This document shows positions 22,544-34,578 of a stretch of 64,000 bases of DNA, piece after piece; within the stretch, counting starts at the first letter, position 1, and every line of letters begins with the position of its first letter. The translations under genes and the position numbers were made by a program. This stretch comes from an uncultured Gemmatimonadales bacterium. Its GTDB lineage: Bacteria > Gemmatimonadota > Gemmatimonadetes > Gemmatimonadales > GWC2-71-9. A model generated the notes under the pieces. It saw only the letters and a list, made by a program, of their open reading frames with translations, searched no databases and was not told the DNA's origin. Where the stretch lies: assembly GCA_963804125.1 (NCBI GenBank), contig CAWDPF010000012.1:11732-75731 (forward strand), given 5' to 3'.

Positions 22544-24947
22544 ATGAACATCTCCCTCCGCTGGCTCCAGGACTTCCTCCGCCGCGATCTCGACGCCGCG
22601 GACGTCACTGCGCGCCTCACCATGCTCGGCGCCCCCGTCGACGCCGTCGAGCCGCTGCACGCCGAGCTGTCGCCGTTCGTCGTCGCCCGGGTGCTCGAGG
22701 TCGGCCCGCATCCCGATCCCAAGGCCACCAAGGTCCGCCTCACCCGGGTGGACGACGGCACGCGGCGAGCCCCTGGCCGTCGTCTGCGGCGCGCCCAACG
22801 TCGCCGCGGGGAAGAGCTACCCGTTCGCCCGGCTCGGCACCCAGATGCCCGGGCCCAAGGGGTTCCGCATCGAGGCGCGCCCGATCCGCGGCGTCGTGAG
22901 CCAGGGGATGCTCTGCTCCGCGCGCGAGCTCGGCCTCGGCGAGGAGCACGACGGCATCCTCGAGCTCGCCACCGACGCCGCGCCGGGAACGCCGCTGCTC
23001 GACGTGCTCCCGCTGGCCGACACGCGGCTCGTCGTGGACGTCACTCCCAACCGGCCCGACCTCCTGTGCCACAAGGGCGTCGCGCGCGAGCTCTCGGCGT
23101 CGTACGGGACGCCGTTCCGCCTGCCGCAGATCCCCGGCGCCGAGTCGATCGACGTGCCGCCCGCCCGCCGCGCCGGCGCGAGCGACACGGTCGGCGGCAT
23201 CCGGATCTCGATCGAGGACGTCGAGTCGTGCCCGCGGTTCCACGCCGCCGTGATCCGCGGCGCCGCCGTGGGCCCGTCGCCCGCGTGGCTCCGGCGGCGG
23301 CTCGAGGCGGTGGGCGTGCGCTCGATCAACAACGTCGTGGACGCCACGAATTACGTGATGTTCGAGCTCAACCAGCCGATGCACGTCTACGATCTGGCCC
23401 GGCTCCGCGGCGCCGCGGTGATCGTGCGCCGCGCGCGGAGCGGCGAGCGGGTCGTGACCCTCGACGACGTCGAGCGCCCGCTCACCGCGGAGGCGGTGGC
23501 GATCGCCGACGCCGAGGGCGTGATCGGGATCGCCGGCATCATGGGCGGCGCGGGCACGGAAGTGGGCCCCGAGAGCCGGGACATCCTGCTCGAGGCCGCG
23601 TGGTGGGATCCGAGACGGACCCGCCACACCCGGCGCGATCTCAACCTCAGCACCGAGGCCAGCTACCGCTTCGAGCGGGGCATCGACCGCTGGGGCGGCG
23701 AGGCCGCGATGCGGCGCTGCATCGAGCTGGTGCTGGCGACGGCGGGCGGGACGCTGGCGGAGACCCCGCTCGACCTCTGGCCCGTGCCCACGCACCCGCC
23801 GCGGATCTTCCTCCGCCCGGCTCGGGTGGCCCAGGTGCTCGGCGTCGAGCTGCCCTGGCACGCGCTCGAGCGGCACCTGGTGGCCATCGGCGCCACCGTG
23901 GTGAGCAAGCCGGACGACGGCCGGATCGCGGTCGACGTCCCCGGCTGGCGGCCCGACCTCGTGCGCGAGATCGACCTGGTCGAGGAGATCGCCCGGCTGC
24001 ACGGCTACGACGCGTTCCCGTCGGACCTCCGGCCGTTCCGGGTCGGCAGCCTGCCGGATGCCCCGGAGGAGGCGGCCACCGCCGCGGTCCGCCGCGGGCT
24101 CGTGGCCGAAGGGTTCTACGAGGTCGTGAGCCTCCCCATGGGGCCGGCGCACGAGCCGGACAGCGTCCGCCTGCTCAACCCGCTCGCCGCCGACGACGCC
24201 TGGCTCCGTCGCCGGCTGTTGCCGGGCCTGGTCCGGCTGGTCGAGGCCAACTGGGCCAACCGGGTCGCCGATGTGCGCCTGTTCGAGATCGGCACCGCCT
24301 TCGCGTCCGGCGCTCCCGGCGAGCGGCCGCGGGAGGAGCGCCGGGTGGCCGCGGTCCTGACCGGCAGGCACGAGCCCGCGCACTGGACGGGCACGGGCCA
24401 GGGGCGATTCGATATCTGGGATCTCAAGGGCCGGCTCGAGGCCGCCGTCGCTCTGGCGATTCCAGGGGCCGAAGTGCAGGTTGGAGGACAGGCCTGGGTG
24501 GTCCGGGACCGCGCGGGCCGGGTGGTCGGCGAGGGCGGCCCGCTCGCCGCCGACGCGCCGCCCTGGGCCGCGCCGCTGTTCGGCTTCGAGCTGCTCGTCG
24601 ACGCGGCGCCCCGCCGTCCGGCCCCCTTCGCGCCGTTGCCCACGACACCGTCGTCCGAGCGGGTCCTTGCCCTCCTCCTGCCGGAGGGGGTGCGCGCGCG
24701 GGAGGTGGAGCTGCTGCTCCGCCAAACCGGCGCCCCGTTGCTCGAGCGGATCGACGTGGAGAGCGATTACCGGGGTCCCGAGCTCCCATCGGGCACGCGG
24801 AGCGTGGCGTTCCGGCTCGGGTTCCGTGCCCCGGACCGCACGCTCCGTGACAGCGAGGTGGACGAGGTCGAAGCGCGGCTCCTGGCCGCGCTCGCCGAGG
24901 AGTTGGGCATCCAGCGACGGGACGGCGGGTCCCGCACCGGAGAGTGA
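22544..24947 (+). CDS. pheT: Phenylalanine-tRNA ligase beta subunit (frameshift near 22765)
   Basis: VCGAPNV, SQGMLCS, TPNRPD, INNVVDATNY, RFERG, DLVEEIAR. Confidence 0.95.
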
Positions 24948-25261
24948 CTGTGGCATACACCTATGACCGTCCGGATCTGCCGGCGCTGGCCGAGCTCGAG
25001 CGGATCCTTGCGAGCCTCACCGAGGAGCTGGCCGCGTGGCGCCGCCGGAGCCTCAAGGCCGAGGCGGAATTGAAGGAAGCGCAGGCGAGCGGCGGCGTGG
25101 TGGCGGGCACCGAGCTCAAGGAATCGCGCCAGCGGGTGATCGAGCTGGAGACCGAGAACCAGTCGCTCCGCCAGCGGATCGACGGCGCCAAGGAGCGGCT
25201 CCGGGTGCTGGCTGCCCGGCTCGCGTTCCTGGAGCAGCACGGCGGAGGCACGGCGGCATGA
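24944..25261 (+). CDS. Coiled-coil protein (ZapB-like position)
   Basis: Heptad-rich 105 aa ORF between pheT and zapA. Confidence 0.6.
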   Translation: MTVAYTYDRPDLPALAELERILASLTEELAAWRRRSLKAEAELKEAQASGGVVAGTELKESRQRVIELETENQSLRQRIDGAKERLRVLAARLAFLEQHGGGTAA

Positions 25262-25569
25262 GCCAGGCGAAGAACGCGGTGAAGGTGACGATCGGCGGCG
25301 AGGAGTTCACCGTCCGCTCGGAGTTCCCGCCCGAGTACACCCGCGAGGTCGCGACGTACCTCGACGCCGCGCTCAAGCGCGTGCGCGACTCGATGCCGAT
25401 GGTCGAGACCCACAAGGCCGCCATCCTGGCCGCGCTGGCGATCACCGACGAGCTGTTCCAGGCCCGCCGAGGCGACCGCCAGGTCGCGGATCGGCTCATC
25501 CGGATGGCCGACGAGTACACCCGACTGCTGCCGCCGTCGAAGCGCGGCTCCAGGTCGGCCGCCTCCTAG
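25258..25569 (+). CDS. zapA: Cell division protein ZapA
   Basis: VKVTIGGEEFTVR...AAILAALAITDELF. Confidence 0.88.
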   Translation: MSQAKNAVKVTIGGEEFTVRSEFPPEYTREVATYLDAALKRVRDSMPMVETHKAAILAALAITDELFQARRGDRQVADRLIRMADEYTRLLPPSKRGSRSAAS

Positions 25570-25580
25570 CGGAGATCCCC

Positions 25581-27162
25581 ATGCCCCAGAACCTCCTGCT
25601 GCCCGCGCTGGTGGGCGTGGTGGCCGGCCTGATCGTTGCCTTTGCCGTGATCGCCGTGAACACTCACCGGCAGCGGTCGGCCGCCGACGGCATCCTCGGC
25701 GCCGCGCGCGGCGAGGCCGAGCGGCTCCGCACCGACGCGGCGCGCGAAGGGGAGGCGGCGAAGCAGGAGGTGCTGGTCGCGGCCAAGATGGAGGCGCTCA
25801 AGCAGCGCGAGGACCTCGACCGCGAGGTCCAGCGCCGGCGCGAGGAGTGGGAGCGGCTCGAGCGCCGGGCCGACGAGCGCGCCCGCTCGCAGGAGCGGAA
25901 GGTCGAGGAGCTCGAGGCGCGCGACCGCGCGCTGGCCAAGCGGGACGAGGCGCTCACCGGGCGGGAGCAGGCGCTCCGGGCGCGCGAAGGCGAGGCCGAC
26001 CGGCTGGCGCAGGAGCAGCGCGTCAAGCTCGAGCGGATCGCCGGCCTGAGCGCCGAGGACGCGCGCCGCGAGATCCTGCAGCGTACGGAGGACGAGTCGC
26101 GCGCCCAGGCGCAGGCCCTCGCGCGCGACATCAAGGAGCAGGCCAAGCGCGGCGCCGATCGCGAGGCCCGGCGCATCATCTCCATGGCGATCCAGCGCCT
26201 GGCCGCCGAGCACACGGCCGAGAGCACCGTGGCCGCCGTGGCGCTCCCCAGCGAAGAAATGAAAGGCCGGATCATCGGCCGCGAGGGCCGGAACATCCGC
26301 GCCTTCGAGACCGCGACCGGCGTCGACGTCATCATCGACGACACGCCGGACACGGTGAGCGTGAGCTGCTTCGACCCGATCCGGCGCGAAGTCGCCCGCC
26401 GCTCGCTCGAGGCGCTGATCCTGGACGGCCGGATCCATCCGGGCCGGATCGAGGAGATCGTCCTCAAGGCCCAGAAGGAGCTCGAGGGCCAGCTCGTCGA
26501 GCTCGGCGAGCAGGCGGCCTACGACACCGGCATCCACGGGCTCCACCCCGAGATGATCAAGCTCATCGGCCGGATGCGCTACCGCACGTCCTACGGCCAG
26601 AACATCTACGATCACTCGAAGGAAGTGGCGTGGCTCGCCGGGATGATGGCGGCCGAGCTGCACCTCGACGTGATGCTGGCCAAGCGGGGCGGGCTGCTGC
26701 ACGACGTCGGGCAAGGTGCTGACCCACGAGAACGAAGGCACCCACGTCGAGCTGGGCGTGGAGGTGGCGCGGCGCTACGGCGAGACCGGGCCGGTCATCA
26801 ACTGCATCCAGGCCCACCACGACGACGTGCCGCACGAGAGCGCCGAGTCGGTGCTGGTGCAGGCCGCCGACGCGATCAGCGGCGCCCGGCCTGGCGCCCG
26901 GCGCGAGGCGTTCGAGACGTACGTCAAGCGGCTCACACGGCTCGAGGAGATCGCCAACGCGTTCCCCGGGGTGGAGAAGAGCAACGTCATCCAGGCGGGG
27001 CGCGAGGTGCGCGTGGTGGTGACGCCGGAGCGGATCGACGACGGGGCGGCGGCCCTGCTCTCGGAGACCATCGCCCGCAAGATCGAGCTCGAGCTTCAGT
27101 ACCCAGGCCAGATCAAGGTCGTCGTCATCCGGGAGACCAGGTCCGTGGACTATGCACGATGA
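25581..27162 (+). CDS. rny: Ribonuclease Y (frameshift near 26712)
   Basis: N-terminal TM, coiled coil, KH MKGRIIGREGRNIR, LLHD, ADAISGARPGARRE. Confidence 0.96.
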
Positions 27163-28044
27163 GCGCCCGTATTCTCGATGGAGTGCCCCTCGCCAACGCC
27201 ATCCGCGGCGAGGTGGCGGAGGCGGTGAAGCGATACGCCGGTAGCGGAAAGAAGCCCGGCCTCGCGGTCGTGATCGTCGGCGAGAACCCGGCGAGCCAGG
27301 TTTACGTGAAGGCCAAGGGGAAGGCGTGCGAAGAGGCTGGGATGCACTCGGAGACGGTCCGGCTGCCCGAGCAGGCCACCGAGGCCGAGCTGCTCGCGGT
27401 GGTCGAGCGGCTGAACCAGGATCCGGAAATCCATGGGTTCCTGGTGCAGCTGCCGCTGCCGAAGCACATCAACAGCGAGCGGGTGCTCAACGCGGTCAAC
27501 CCGGCGAAGGACGTCGACGGGTTCCATCCGGTCAACGTCGGCAAGCTGAGCATCGGCGACCCGACGGCGCTCAAGCCGGCCACGCCCTTCGGCGTGCAGC
27601 AGATGCTGATCCGGTCGGGGATCGAGACCCGGGGCGCCAACGCGGTCATCGTCGGCCGGTCGAACATCGTGGGCAAGCCGATGGCGAGCCTGCTGATCCA
27701 GCCCGGGAAGGGCGGGGACGCGACGGTCACCATCTGCCACTCCAAGTCGCGCGACCTGCCGGCCGTCTGCCGCTCGGCGGACATCCTGGTGGTGGCGATG
27801 GGGAAGCCCGAGTTCGTAACCGCCGACATGGTCCGTCCCGGCGCCACCGTCATCGATGTCGGCATCAACCGGGTCGACGACTCCGACGCAACCGAAGGGC
27901 TACCGCATCGTGGGCGACGTGGCCTATGCTCCGGTAGCGGAGGTCGCGGGCGCCATCACGCCTGTGCCTGGTGGCGTGGGAAGGATGACGATCGCGATGC
28001 TGCTGCAGAATACATTGCAGGCGTTTCAGCAGGCGGCGGGCTGA
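27159..28044 (+). CDS. folD: Methylene-THF dehydrogenase/cyclohydrolase (frameshift near 27885)
   Basis: [32 protein letters not shown]. Confidence 0.95.
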
Positions 28045-28055
28045 ACTGAACAGCA

Positions 28056-28163
28056 CACCACAGAGGCGCAGAGGACACAGAGAACTGCCACGGAGAACAA
28101 AAAAAGAATGGTGTTGACTCCGTACGCTTTCCGATCCTCTGTGCCCTCTGTGCCTCTGTGGTG
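28056..28163. repeat. CACAGAG-type inverted-repeat element
   Basis: caccacagaggcgcagaggacacagag...ctctgtgccctctgtgcctctgtggtg; diverged second copy at ~28933-29035. Confidence 0.8.
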
Positions 28164-28224
28164 AATCACCACCCTCGCCGAGCCACGATCTTCAGCGATT
28201 TCGAGCCCTAGCCCAACCGGTCTG

Positions 28225-28752
28225 ATGGCCCTCTCCCTGTTCTCCGATCTGATCACCCCCACCGACGACGTCTGGTCGGTCACCCAGCTCACGACCGCGG
28301 CCAAGCGCATCGTCGAGGGCTCGTTCGAGCGTCCCCTCTGGATCCGGGGCGAGGTCGTCGGTTGCAAGGCGTGGCCGAGCGGGCACTGGTACTTCAATCT
28401 CCGCGACGCCGCCAGCCAGGTGCGCTGCTGCCTTTGGAAGCGAGATGTCGTTCCCGGCAGCAAGCCGCCAGCCGACGGTACCGAGGTCTTCGTGCTCGCG
28501 CGGCCGGGGATGTACGAGGCCAAGGGCGAGTTTCAGCTCAATGTCGTGCGCATGCTCCCCACCGCCGACATCGGCCAGGCGCAGCGGGAGCTCGAGCGGG
28601 TGAGGCTGCTGCTCCAGAAGGAGGGCTTCCTCGACCCCGCCCGCAAGCGGCTGCTCCCGGCGTACGTCGCCACGCTGGCGGTGGTCACCAGCACGGCCGG
28701 CGCGGCAATCCGGGACATCATCACCGTCGCCCGCCGGCGCTGGCCCGGGGTG
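28225..28752 (+). pseudogene. xseA: Partial xseA copy (5' ~175 codons) joined to a duplicated folD 3' end
   Basis: Near-identical to 29090-29615; followed by a folD tail copy at ~28760-28920. Confidence 0.75.
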
Positions 28753-29089
28753 GCGTCTGGTGACGACCGGACGCAACCGAAGGGCTACGCATCGTGGGCG
28801 ACGTGGCCTATGCTCCGGTAGCGGAGGTCGCGGGCGCATACCCTGTGCTGGTGGCGTGGGAAGGATGACGATCGCGATGCTGCTGCAGAATACTTGCAGG
28901 CGTTTGAACAGGCGCGGGTGAAGTGAACAGCCCCACGGAGGCACGGAGGACACAGAGAACTGCCACGTGCCCACAAAAGTCTGTGTGGGGGGCGCGCGCT
29001 TTGTGGTCCTCCGTGCCCTCTGTGCCTTCGTGGTGAAAAGATGCCGAGCCACGATCTCTCCGCGTTCGAGCCCTCAATCCAACGGTCTG

Positions 29090-30248
29090 ATGGCCCTGTC
29101 CCTGTTCTCCGATCTGATGACCCCCGGCGACGACGTCTGGTCGGTCACCCAGCTCACGACCGCGGCCAAGCGGATCGTCGAGGGCTCGTTCGAGCGCCCG
29201 CTCTGGATCCGGGGCGAGGTCGTCGGCTGCAAGGCGTGGCCGAGCGGGCACTGGTACTTCAATCTCCGCGACGCCGCCAGCCAGGTGCGCTGCTGCCTCT
29301 GGAAGCGGGATGTCGTTCGCGGCGCCAAGCCGCCGGCCGACGGCACCGAGGTGTTCGTCCTCGCGCGGCCGGGGATGTACGAGGCCAAGGGCGAGTTTCA
29401 GCTCAACGTCGTGCGGATGCTCCCGACCGCCGCCATCGGCCAGGCGCAGCGGGAGCTCGAGCGGGTGAGGCTGCTGCTGAAGAAGGAGGGCCTCTTCGAC
29501 CCCGCTCGCAAGCGGCCGCTCCCGGCGTACGTCGCCACGCTGGCGGTGGTGACCAGCACGGCCGGCGCGGCGCTCCGGGACATCATCACCGTCGCCCGCC
29601 GGCGCTGGCCCGGCGTGCGCGTCCTGGTGGTCGGCGCGCGGGTTCAGGGCGATGGCGCGGTGGGGGAGCTGGTGCGCGCGCTCCGGCTGGTCAACCGGCT
29701 GCCGGGCGTGGAGGTCTGCATCGTGGGCCGCGGCGGCGGCGACCGAGAGGACCTGGCCGCGTTCAACACCGAGGCGGTCTGTCGCGCGCTCGCCGCGGTG
29801 CGGGTGCCGACCATTTCGGCGGTCGGTCACGAGACCGACATCTCGCTCACCGACCTCGTGGCCGACGTGCGGGCCGCCACGCCGTCGGCCGCGGCGGAGC
29901 TGGCGCTCTCCGATCAGCGCGACGTCCGCCGCGCGCTCGACGATCTCGCGCTCGCGGCTGGCGGGCGGCCTCGCCGGCCGGACCCGGCTCGGGCTCGAGC
30001 GGGTCGAGCGCGCGGGCGACCGGCTGCAGGCCGCGATGGAGGCCGGGCTCGAGCGCCGCCGGCACCACGTCGCGCGGCTCGCGGCCCAGCTCGACGCGCT
30101 GAGCCCGCTCCGCGTGCTCGAGCGCGGCTACGCGGTGCCGAGCGGGCCCGACGGCCGCGTGCTCAAGCGCCGGGCGGAGTTCCGTCCCGGCGAGCCTTTC
30201 ACCCTGCGGGTGGCCGACGGCCGCGTCGACGCCCGCGTGGAGCCCTGA
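29090..30248 (+). CDS. xseA: Exodeoxyribonuclease VII large subunit (frameshift near 29950)
   Basis: SGHWYFNLRD, GRGGG, SAVGHETD, ATPSAAAE, LSPLRVLERGY. Confidence 0.95.
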
Positions 30249-30547
30249 TGTCGACCATCGCCGAGGACCTCACCCGGCTCGAGGAGATCGTCCGCCGGCT
30301 CGAGGCGGACGACGTCGAGCTCGACGCCGCGCTCGCCCTGTTCGAGGAGGGCGTCGCCCGGCTCCGCGCCGCGCGCGAGCGGCTCGCGGCGGCGGATGTC
30401 AAGGTGCAGACGGTGCTCGAGGAGGCGGATGGGGAGCTGCGGGTGCGGGATCTGGATGATAGTGGGTCGCGCTGCCGACCAGGTCAGAGTCACCCTGAGC
30501 CCTTCGCTGCGCGCAAGGGCAGGTGCGAAGGGGCATGCCTCGGGTGA
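30248..30547 (+). CDS. xseB: Exodeoxyribonuclease VII small subunit (true stop probably near 30465)
   Basis: LEEIVRRLE...ALALFEEGV. Confidence 0.88.
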   Translation: MSTIAEDLTRLEEIVRRLEADDVELDAALALFEEGVARLRAARERLAAADVKVQTVLEEADGELRVRDLDDSGSRCRPGQSHPEPFAARKGRCEGACLG

Positions 30548-30574
30548 TGGCTCCTTCGCTTCGCTCAGGATGAC
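30489..30574. repeat. REP-like palindrome
   Basis: gtcaccctgagc...ctccttcgcttcgctcaggatgac. Confidence 0.8.
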
Positions 30575-31485
30575 GAGCGTGGAGCCGCCCCCTTCCGCCG
30601 CCGACCTCCTCACCGAGGCCCGCGAGCGCACCGACGCGCTGCTCGATCGCTGGGCCGAGCGGCTCCAGGCCGAGATCGGCGGACGGCACGGCGAAGCCCT
30701 GGCCTACGCGCTCCGCACCCCCGGCAAGCGGGTGCGCGCCGCGCTGGTGACGGCGGCGTTCCGCTCGGTCGGCGGCCAGGCGCGCCGGCATCGCCGGCGT
30801 GGCCGCGGCGGTCGAGACGGTGCACACCTACTCGCTCGTGCACGACGACCTGCCGTGCATGGACGACGACGACCTCCGGCGCGGCCGCCCGACCACCCAC
30901 CGCCGCTTCGACGTGCCGACCGCCACCCGGGTCGGCTTCCTGCTCGTGCCGGTGGCCGCCCGCGTGCTGGCGGCGGCCTCGGACGAGCTCGCGCTGCCGG
31001 CCGCGGTCCTGAGCCGGATGGCCACGGAGCTGTTCGAGGCCGGCGGCATCGAGGGGATGGTGGGCGGGCAGTGGCTCGACCTCGAGGCCGAGCGGCGGAC
31101 ACTCACCCTGCCGCAGCTCATGGCGGTCCACCGGGGGAAGACCGGGGCACTCATCCGGGCCTCGTGCACCCTGGGCGGCATCGCGGCCGAAGCGGCGCCG
31201 GCCCAGGTCGCGGCCCTCACCGCCTTCGGCGAGGACATCGGCCTCGCCTACCAGATCGCCGACGACGTGCTCGACTGCACCGGCACCAGCGAAGTGCTGG
31301 GCAAGACGGCCGGCCGGGACGCGCAGCTGGCCAAGTCCACGTACGTGGGCCTGCTGGGCGTGGACGGCGCCCGGCGGGAGGCCGACGCGCTGGCCCGGCG
31401 GGCGGTCGAGCACCTCGGCGGGGCGGGGGTGCCGTCGGGGGCACTCGGGGCGTTGGCGGGGTATATTGTGAGCAGGAACTCGTAG
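30570..31485 (+). CDS. ispA: Polyprenyl (farnesyl) diphosphate synthase (frameshift near 30780)
   Basis: GKRVR, SLVHDDLPCMDDDDLRRG, YQIADDVLD. Confidence 0.93.
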
Positions 31486-31523
31486 CGACAGCCGGCGCGC
31501 CGAGCCGCGATGCTCGCCGCCGC

Positions 31524-31612
31524 GAGTCACCGAGCCTGATTGCGCCCGGGGCAGGCTCCGCGAAGGGGACATGCCTCAACGCATGGCCCCTTCGCTTCGC
31601 TCAGGGTGACTC
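31524..31612. repeat. REP-like palindrome (left arm interrupted)
   Basis: gagtcacc...ccccttcgcttcgctcagggtgactc. Confidence 0.75.
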
Positions 31613-31666
31613 CGGCAGGAGGAAGTGCGCCGTCGGTGCCAGATCGAACCGTCAACAGAGTCTCCC

Positions 31667-33566
31667 ATGACGCTCCTCGCGACCATCCAGTCCCCCGCCG
31701 ACCTGAAGCGCCTCCGCCGCGATCAGCTCCCGCAGCTCGCCCAGGAGATCCGCGACCGCCTCATCGAGTGCGTCTCGATGACCGGCGGCCACATCGGCGC
31801 GAGCCTCGGTGTCGTCGAGCTGAGCATCGCGCTCCTCTATGAGTTCGATTCCCCCAGGGACAAGATCGTCTGGGACGTGGGCCACCAGGCGTACGCCTGG
31901 AAGCTGCTCACCGGCCGCAACGACCCGTTCCCGAGCCTCCGGCAGAAGGACGGCATCTCCGGCTTCCTCAAGCGCACCGAGAGCGAGCACGACCAGTTCG
32001 GCGCCGGCCACGCCGGCACCGCCATGTCCGCGGCGCTCGGCATGGCCACGGCGCGCGATCTCAAGGGCGAGGCCCACAAGGTCGTGGCCGTCGTGGGCGA
32101 CGGCGCGCTCACCTGCGGCCTCTCCTACGAGGGGATGAACAACGCCGGCCACAGCGAGCGCGACATCATCCTCATCGTCAACGACAACGGGATGTCGATC
32201 TCGCCCAACGTCGGCGCGATCAGCACGACGCTCGGCCGCATCGTGGCCGACCCCCGGACCAACAAGCTGCGCGAGAAGATCAAGGGCATGACCTTCGCCC
32301 TCGGCGGCGTCTTCGGCGAGGGCGTGGTGGACTTCGCCAAGAACGTCGAGGAGAGCGTCAAGAACCTGTTCTCGCCCGGCATGCTGTTCGAGGAGCTCGG
32401 CTTCCGCTACTTCGGCCCGATCGACGGCCACGATCTCCCCAAGCTGTGCGACACGCTCAAGTTCGTGCGCGGCATGAGCGGCCCCCGCGTCATCCACGTG
32501 ATGACCCAGAAGGGGAAGGGCTTCGGCTTCGCCGAGAGCAACCAGGAGAAGTGGCACGGCCTCGCGGCCTACGACCCCGTCACCGGCGAGGCGCGGAAGA
32601 AGGCGAGCGGCCCGCCCACCTGGACCCAGGTGTTCGGTGACGGCCTCACGGCCCTGGCGGCCGAGCACCCCGAGCTGGTGGCGATCACCGCCGCGATGCC
32701 CAGCGGCACCGGCACCAACATCTTCCAGAAGAAGCATCCCGGGCGGTTCTTCGACGTCGGGATCGCCGAGGGGCACGCGGTCACCTTCGCGGGCGGGCTC
32801 GCCACGCAGGGGATCCGTCCCGTGGTCGCGATCTACAGCACGTTCCTCCAGCGCGCGTACGACAACATCATCCACGACATCGCCGTGCAGCAGCTGCCGG
32901 TGACGTTCTGCATGGACCGCGCGGGCCTGGTGGGCGAGGACGGCCAGACCCACATGGGGCTGTACGACATCGCCTACATGCTGGCGGTGCCGGGCATGAC
33001 GGTGACGGCGCCCAAGGACGGCGACGAGCTCATCGGCCTGCTCCGCACCGCGCTGGCGCACACCGGCGGCCCGTTCTGCACCCGCTACCCGCGCGACAAG
33101 GCGCCCGCCGAACCGCGTCCCGCCGTCCGAGATCCCGGCCGTGCCCTACGGCACCTGGGAGCAGCTCCGGTCCGGCAAGGACGTCGCCATCCTGGCCGTC
33201 GGCACGATGGTGCAGCCGGCGCAGCAGGCGGCCGAGCTCCTCGCCGCCGACGGCATCGGCTGCGCGGTCATCAACGCGCGCTTCCTCAAGCCGCTCGACC
33301 ACGCGATGCTGGAGCTGCTGCTGCAGCAGCACCGGACGCTGGTGACGCTCGAGGAGGGCACGATCGTGAACGGCTTCGGCGCCTACCTGGCCGAGACGCT
33401 GCAGACGACGCATCCCGAAGTGCGGGTCGTCGCCCTCGGCATCCCCGACCGGCTGATCGAGCAGGCGCCGCGCATCGAGCAGCTCGAGGCGTGCGGGCTC
33501 ACCGCCGCCGGGATCGCCCGCCGGATCACCGCGCTGCAGCAAGAGGAGAGCCTCGAAGCGCGATGA
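31667..33566 (+). CDS. dxs: 1-deoxy-D-xylulose-5-phosphate synthase (frameshift near 33125)
   Basis: WDVGHQAY, GDGALT, NDNGMSI, DVGIAEGHAV, YSTFLQRAYD. Confidence 0.96.
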
Positions 33567-34426
33567 AGGTCGGCGTCGTCGGTAATCCCCGCTACCGCGA
33601 CCTGAGGGCCGTGCTCGAGCACGTCGCCCGCCAGGCGCCCTACAAGCAGATCACGCTCTACTCCGAGGAGCGGCTGGCCAGCTTCTGGCCGCGCGACATC
33701 CCGCCGTTCGAGGGGGTCGAGCTCGACGCCATCGTCACCTTCGGCGGCGACGGCACGCTGCTCCGCGGCGCGCGCCTCTGCGGCGGGCGCGAGATCCCGA
33801 TCCTCGGCGTCAACCTGGGCCGAGTCGGGTTCCTCACGACGGCCACCCGCGACACCATCGACCCCGCGCTCGACGCCCTGGTCTCCGGCCGCTACGTCAT
33901 CGAGCGGCGCCAGGCGCTGCAGGCCGCGATCAAGGACTTCGAGGGCAACCACCGGGTGAACCAGCTCGCGGTGAACGACGTCGCCGTGCACAAGGGCGGC
34001 GTGGCCCGCGTGGTGCGCGTCAACGTCTTCATCCAGGGCGAGAACGTCGGCCCCTACAGCGCCGACGGCATCATCGTCGCCACGCCCACCGGCTCGACCG
34101 CGTACAGCCTGAGCGCCGGCGGGCCGATCGTGGTGCCGGGCGTCGAGGCGATCATCGTCACGCCGATCGCGGCGCACACGCTCGCAGTGCGGCCGCTGGT
34201 CGTGCCGGCGACCTACCGGGTCGTCATCGAGCCGATGGCGGGGTGGGCGGATGATCTGCTGGTGTCGTTCGACGGGCAGACCGGGAGCACGCTGGCGCCG
34301 GGGGAGAGCGTGGACGTGCGGCGGGCCGATCATCGGGTGTGCCTGATCCGGCTCGGTGGGGACGGATTCTTCAGCCGGATGCGGCAGAAGCTGCACTGGG
34401 GGGATCTGTCGGAGCGGAGGCGGTGA
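33563..34426 (+). CDS. nadK: NAD kinase
   Basis: GGDGTLL, GVNLGRVGFL, ATPTGSTAYSLSAGGP. Confidence 0.95.
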   Translation: MKVGVVGNPRYRDLRAVLEHVARQAPYKQITLYSEERLASFWPRDIPPFEGVELDAIVTFGGDGTLLRGARLCGGREIPILGVNLGRVGFLTTATRDTIDPALDALVSGRYVIERRQALQAAIKDFEGNHRVNQLAVNDVAVHKGGVARVVRVNVFIQGENVGPYSADGIIVATPTGSTAYSLSAGGPIVVPGVEAIIVTPIAAHTLAVRPLVVPATYRVVIEPMAGWADDLLVSFDGQTGSTLAPGESVDVRRADHRVCLIRLGGDGFFSRMRQKLHWGDLSERRR

Positions 34427-34429
34427 GGT

Positions 34430-34578
34430 GAGGCGGGCGGGCGGCGGCAGTCAGGCGGTCGAGGTCGGACGGTCGCGAGGCTCGTCATCCCGGACGGGTC
34501 TGCCGGGCTCGGAGCAGGCCCTCGACGTCGGATCCGCACGCTCGATCGCGCGACTCTCGCCGACCGCCTGACCGCCTG
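34430..34578. repeat. Intergenic module bracketed by inverted GGCGGTCA/TGACCGCC octamers
   Basis: gtcaggcggtcg (34450-34461) vs cgaccgcctgac (34561-34572); REP-arm remnant cgtcatccc inside. Confidence 0.6.

Noticed and set aside
25569-25581. 6S RNA between zapA and rny
   Set aside because: Only 11 bp separate the genes.
2047-33566. Frameshifts in mutS2, dnaG, recJ, pta, rsmA, pheT, rny, folD, xseA, ispA and dxs as pseudogenes or programmed frameshifts
   Set aside because: Too many essential genes are affected, both halves are conserved, breaks fall in GC runs and no slippery motifs are evident. Consensus indel errors are far more likely.
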